A stretch of 63,974 nt of DNA, the filler included, from Octopus bimaculoides (Eukaryota), in NCBI RefSeq assembly GCF_001194135.2. It is 8 parts of 7 records of this genome, joined end to end, with 100 filler letters (N's around TTAATTAATTAA, not from the genome) between each part and the next. Parts side by side here need not be neighbours in the genome. Positions count along the whole stretch, not along the records: positions 61,177 to 62,745 come from NW_026317146.1; positions 62,846 to 63,974 come from NC_068985.1; 6 more parts are not named here. The stretch is one strand, 5' to 3'. Numbering within the stretch: position 1 is the first letter of the stretch; every line of letters starts with the position of its first letter. A model generated the notes under the pieces. That model had not been told where the DNA came from, did no database searches, and saw only the letters and a list, made by a program, of their open reading frames with translations. This document shows, in pieces, positions 62,682 through 63,974 of this stretch. The position numbers were made by a program, and so were the translations under genes.

Positions 62682-62718
62682 CCTTTCAGCTGAACAGCGT
62701 AGCTCGAAACGTCAAAGA
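62682..62718 (+). ncRNA. Degenerate hammerhead (same family as 3176-3212)
   Basis: CCTTT-CAGCTGA-A-CAGCgtaGCTC-GAAAC-GTC-AAAGA; core mutated. Confidence 0.4.
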
Positions 62719-62929
62719 CTTTCTCTATTCCCGAGCGTTAAACTANNNNNNNNNNNNNNNNNNNNNNNNNNNNNNNNNNNNNNNNNNNNTTAATTAATTA
62801 ANNNNNNNNNNNNNNNNNNNNNNNNNNNNNNNNNNNNNNNNNNNNACATACATTGTTGTCTACTCTTTATGTAGTGTCTGACCACTTGTACTTACACCTT
62901 AGATCTATCATGCCATCCGCTGCGGCTTT

Positions 62930-63935
62930 TTAAACCAGACAATGTTTTGAAAAGACACCCACATAGATTGCATATCTAACTTTGACCACCAAAAGATGAT
63001 CTTTGTGGGTCTTAAGATGTCTTTTGTGACCACTTTTAGATTTGTAGACCTTATGGCATACACGGCATTGACAGGTGTGCACAGATATATAGGCAGAGTA
63101 GTTGGTGTAGGTCCGTTTTACATGGGTCCACAAATAGGACTTGAGCCCAGCAAAAGAAAGGCATGGTCTGTCACAAATTGTACACACAAAAAGGTCACTT
63201 AGATTTACCTTCTCGTTGATCACAACATTCTTCTTTAAATTCTTTTTGAGTCTTACATGGGTCATCCTGGCCTCTTCAAAAGCTTTCACTCCGCTCCACA
63301 CTTTTGTTCGCCATCCAGCTCGATCCGAAGCAAGGGTCTCTATGGCCTTTGGATCCATTCCAAGTGACTTCATGTTAGTCCTTATGCAGTCCTTAAACCT
63401 ATTTTTAGGTTTACATTGGTTGTGTTACCCTTCTGCAAGTTCACCATACACCAGCTTTTCCAGTGTGCGTTCATCTGCCATTCAAACAATGTGGCCAGAC
63501 CATAGCATTTAATTTTTCAGAATCATTGATTTAATTGAAGTGGTGTCTGCAGACGCAAAGATATCTGTGTCTGAAATAAAACAAAAAAAAAACCTATTTA
63601 ATGTTTAAAATACGGCGAAGGCATTTTTGGTGGAATCGTTCTAACAATTTGAGATGTCATTCGTACCAGGTCCATGTTTCAAAGGAATCCAACAGGGATG
63701 GTAAGACAAACGACTTGTAAAGAACCAATTTTGAGTTATTATTTACGTTTTGGCGCCAAACGCGTGGCTCCAAACTACCAAATGCTTGGGCTGCCCTTTG
63801 AATTCGAAGATACATTTCTGTGTCCAGATTTCCATCATTTTGTACAGAGCTTCCGAGGTAGATGAAAGAGTCAACAACCTCAAATAACATGCTCTTAACG
63901 AAAATTTTAGTGGGGTTGCAAACAGCACCACGTGC
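62930..63935 (-). mobile_element. RTE (BovB-like) LINE remnant with two C-terminal C2H2 zinc fingers
   Basis: EVVDSFIYLGS...RIQRAAQAFGSL...LYKSFVLPSLL..ETWT, LWSGHIV.MADER..LVYGELAEG, RFKDCI, ASDRAGWR, then CTICDRPC..AGLKSYLWTH and CRVCHKVYKSKSGHKRHLKTH. Confidence 0.88.
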
Positions 63936-63974
63936 AGGTTAATACAACTGTTTTTTGTTTTTGTTTTTTTTTTC

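Larger units (their letters stand above)
61215..62745 (+). mobile_element. Penelope-like element 3' region (GIY-YIG C-terminus, inverted repeats, hammerheads)
   Basis: 61370-61618 encodes HTWSLKDKGGSYNIHWKILAKCKPY...CGLCDME...LNSRTELFGSCPH (PLE endonuclease tail); 61215-61370 is inverted relative to about 61720-62065. Confidence 0.8.

Noticed and set aside
14036-62801. Recurrent TTAATTAATTAA motif (seven copies)
   Set aside because: Each copy sits inside a fixed-length N block, so it is an assembly linker with six-frame stops rather than a biological repeat.
62930-63373. Host C2H2 zinc-finger gene
   Set aside because: The fingers are contiguous with RTE ORF motifs in a frameshifted retrotransposon.

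Overview
AT-rich, microsatellite-dense eukaryotic DNA from a gapped draft assembly. The SINE/LINE families and microsatellite style suggest an octopus or related coleoid cephalopod (inferred from recognition, not from a search). One host gene is well supported: the last two coding exons (2058-2178, 7051-7216, + strand, GT-AG phase-2 intron) of a beta-microseminoprotein/PSP94-like secreted protein with 9 of the 10 family cysteines at near-canonical spacing. Its signal-peptide exon probably lies upstream of the window. Most of the rest is transposon debris: tRNA-headed SINE families, CR1, RTE (one with two C2H2 fingers), three R4/Dong-like RLE retrotransposon copies each beside (TAA)n, mariner/Tc1/pogo/hAT remnants and MITEs, a Helitron helicase pseudogene, and a complete non-autonomous Helitron nested in a mariner. 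The most striking hidden signal is about ten minimal type-I hammerhead-ribozyme motifs in about six sequence variants, each with the short palindromic stem III typical of Penelope-like elements. Several keep intact cores, and some lie in outward-facing inverted-repeat units. No CRISPR array, rRNA or true tRNA gene was found. Repeat boundaries are approximate, and adjacency across the 100-nt N/TTAATTAATTAA joins is uncertain.
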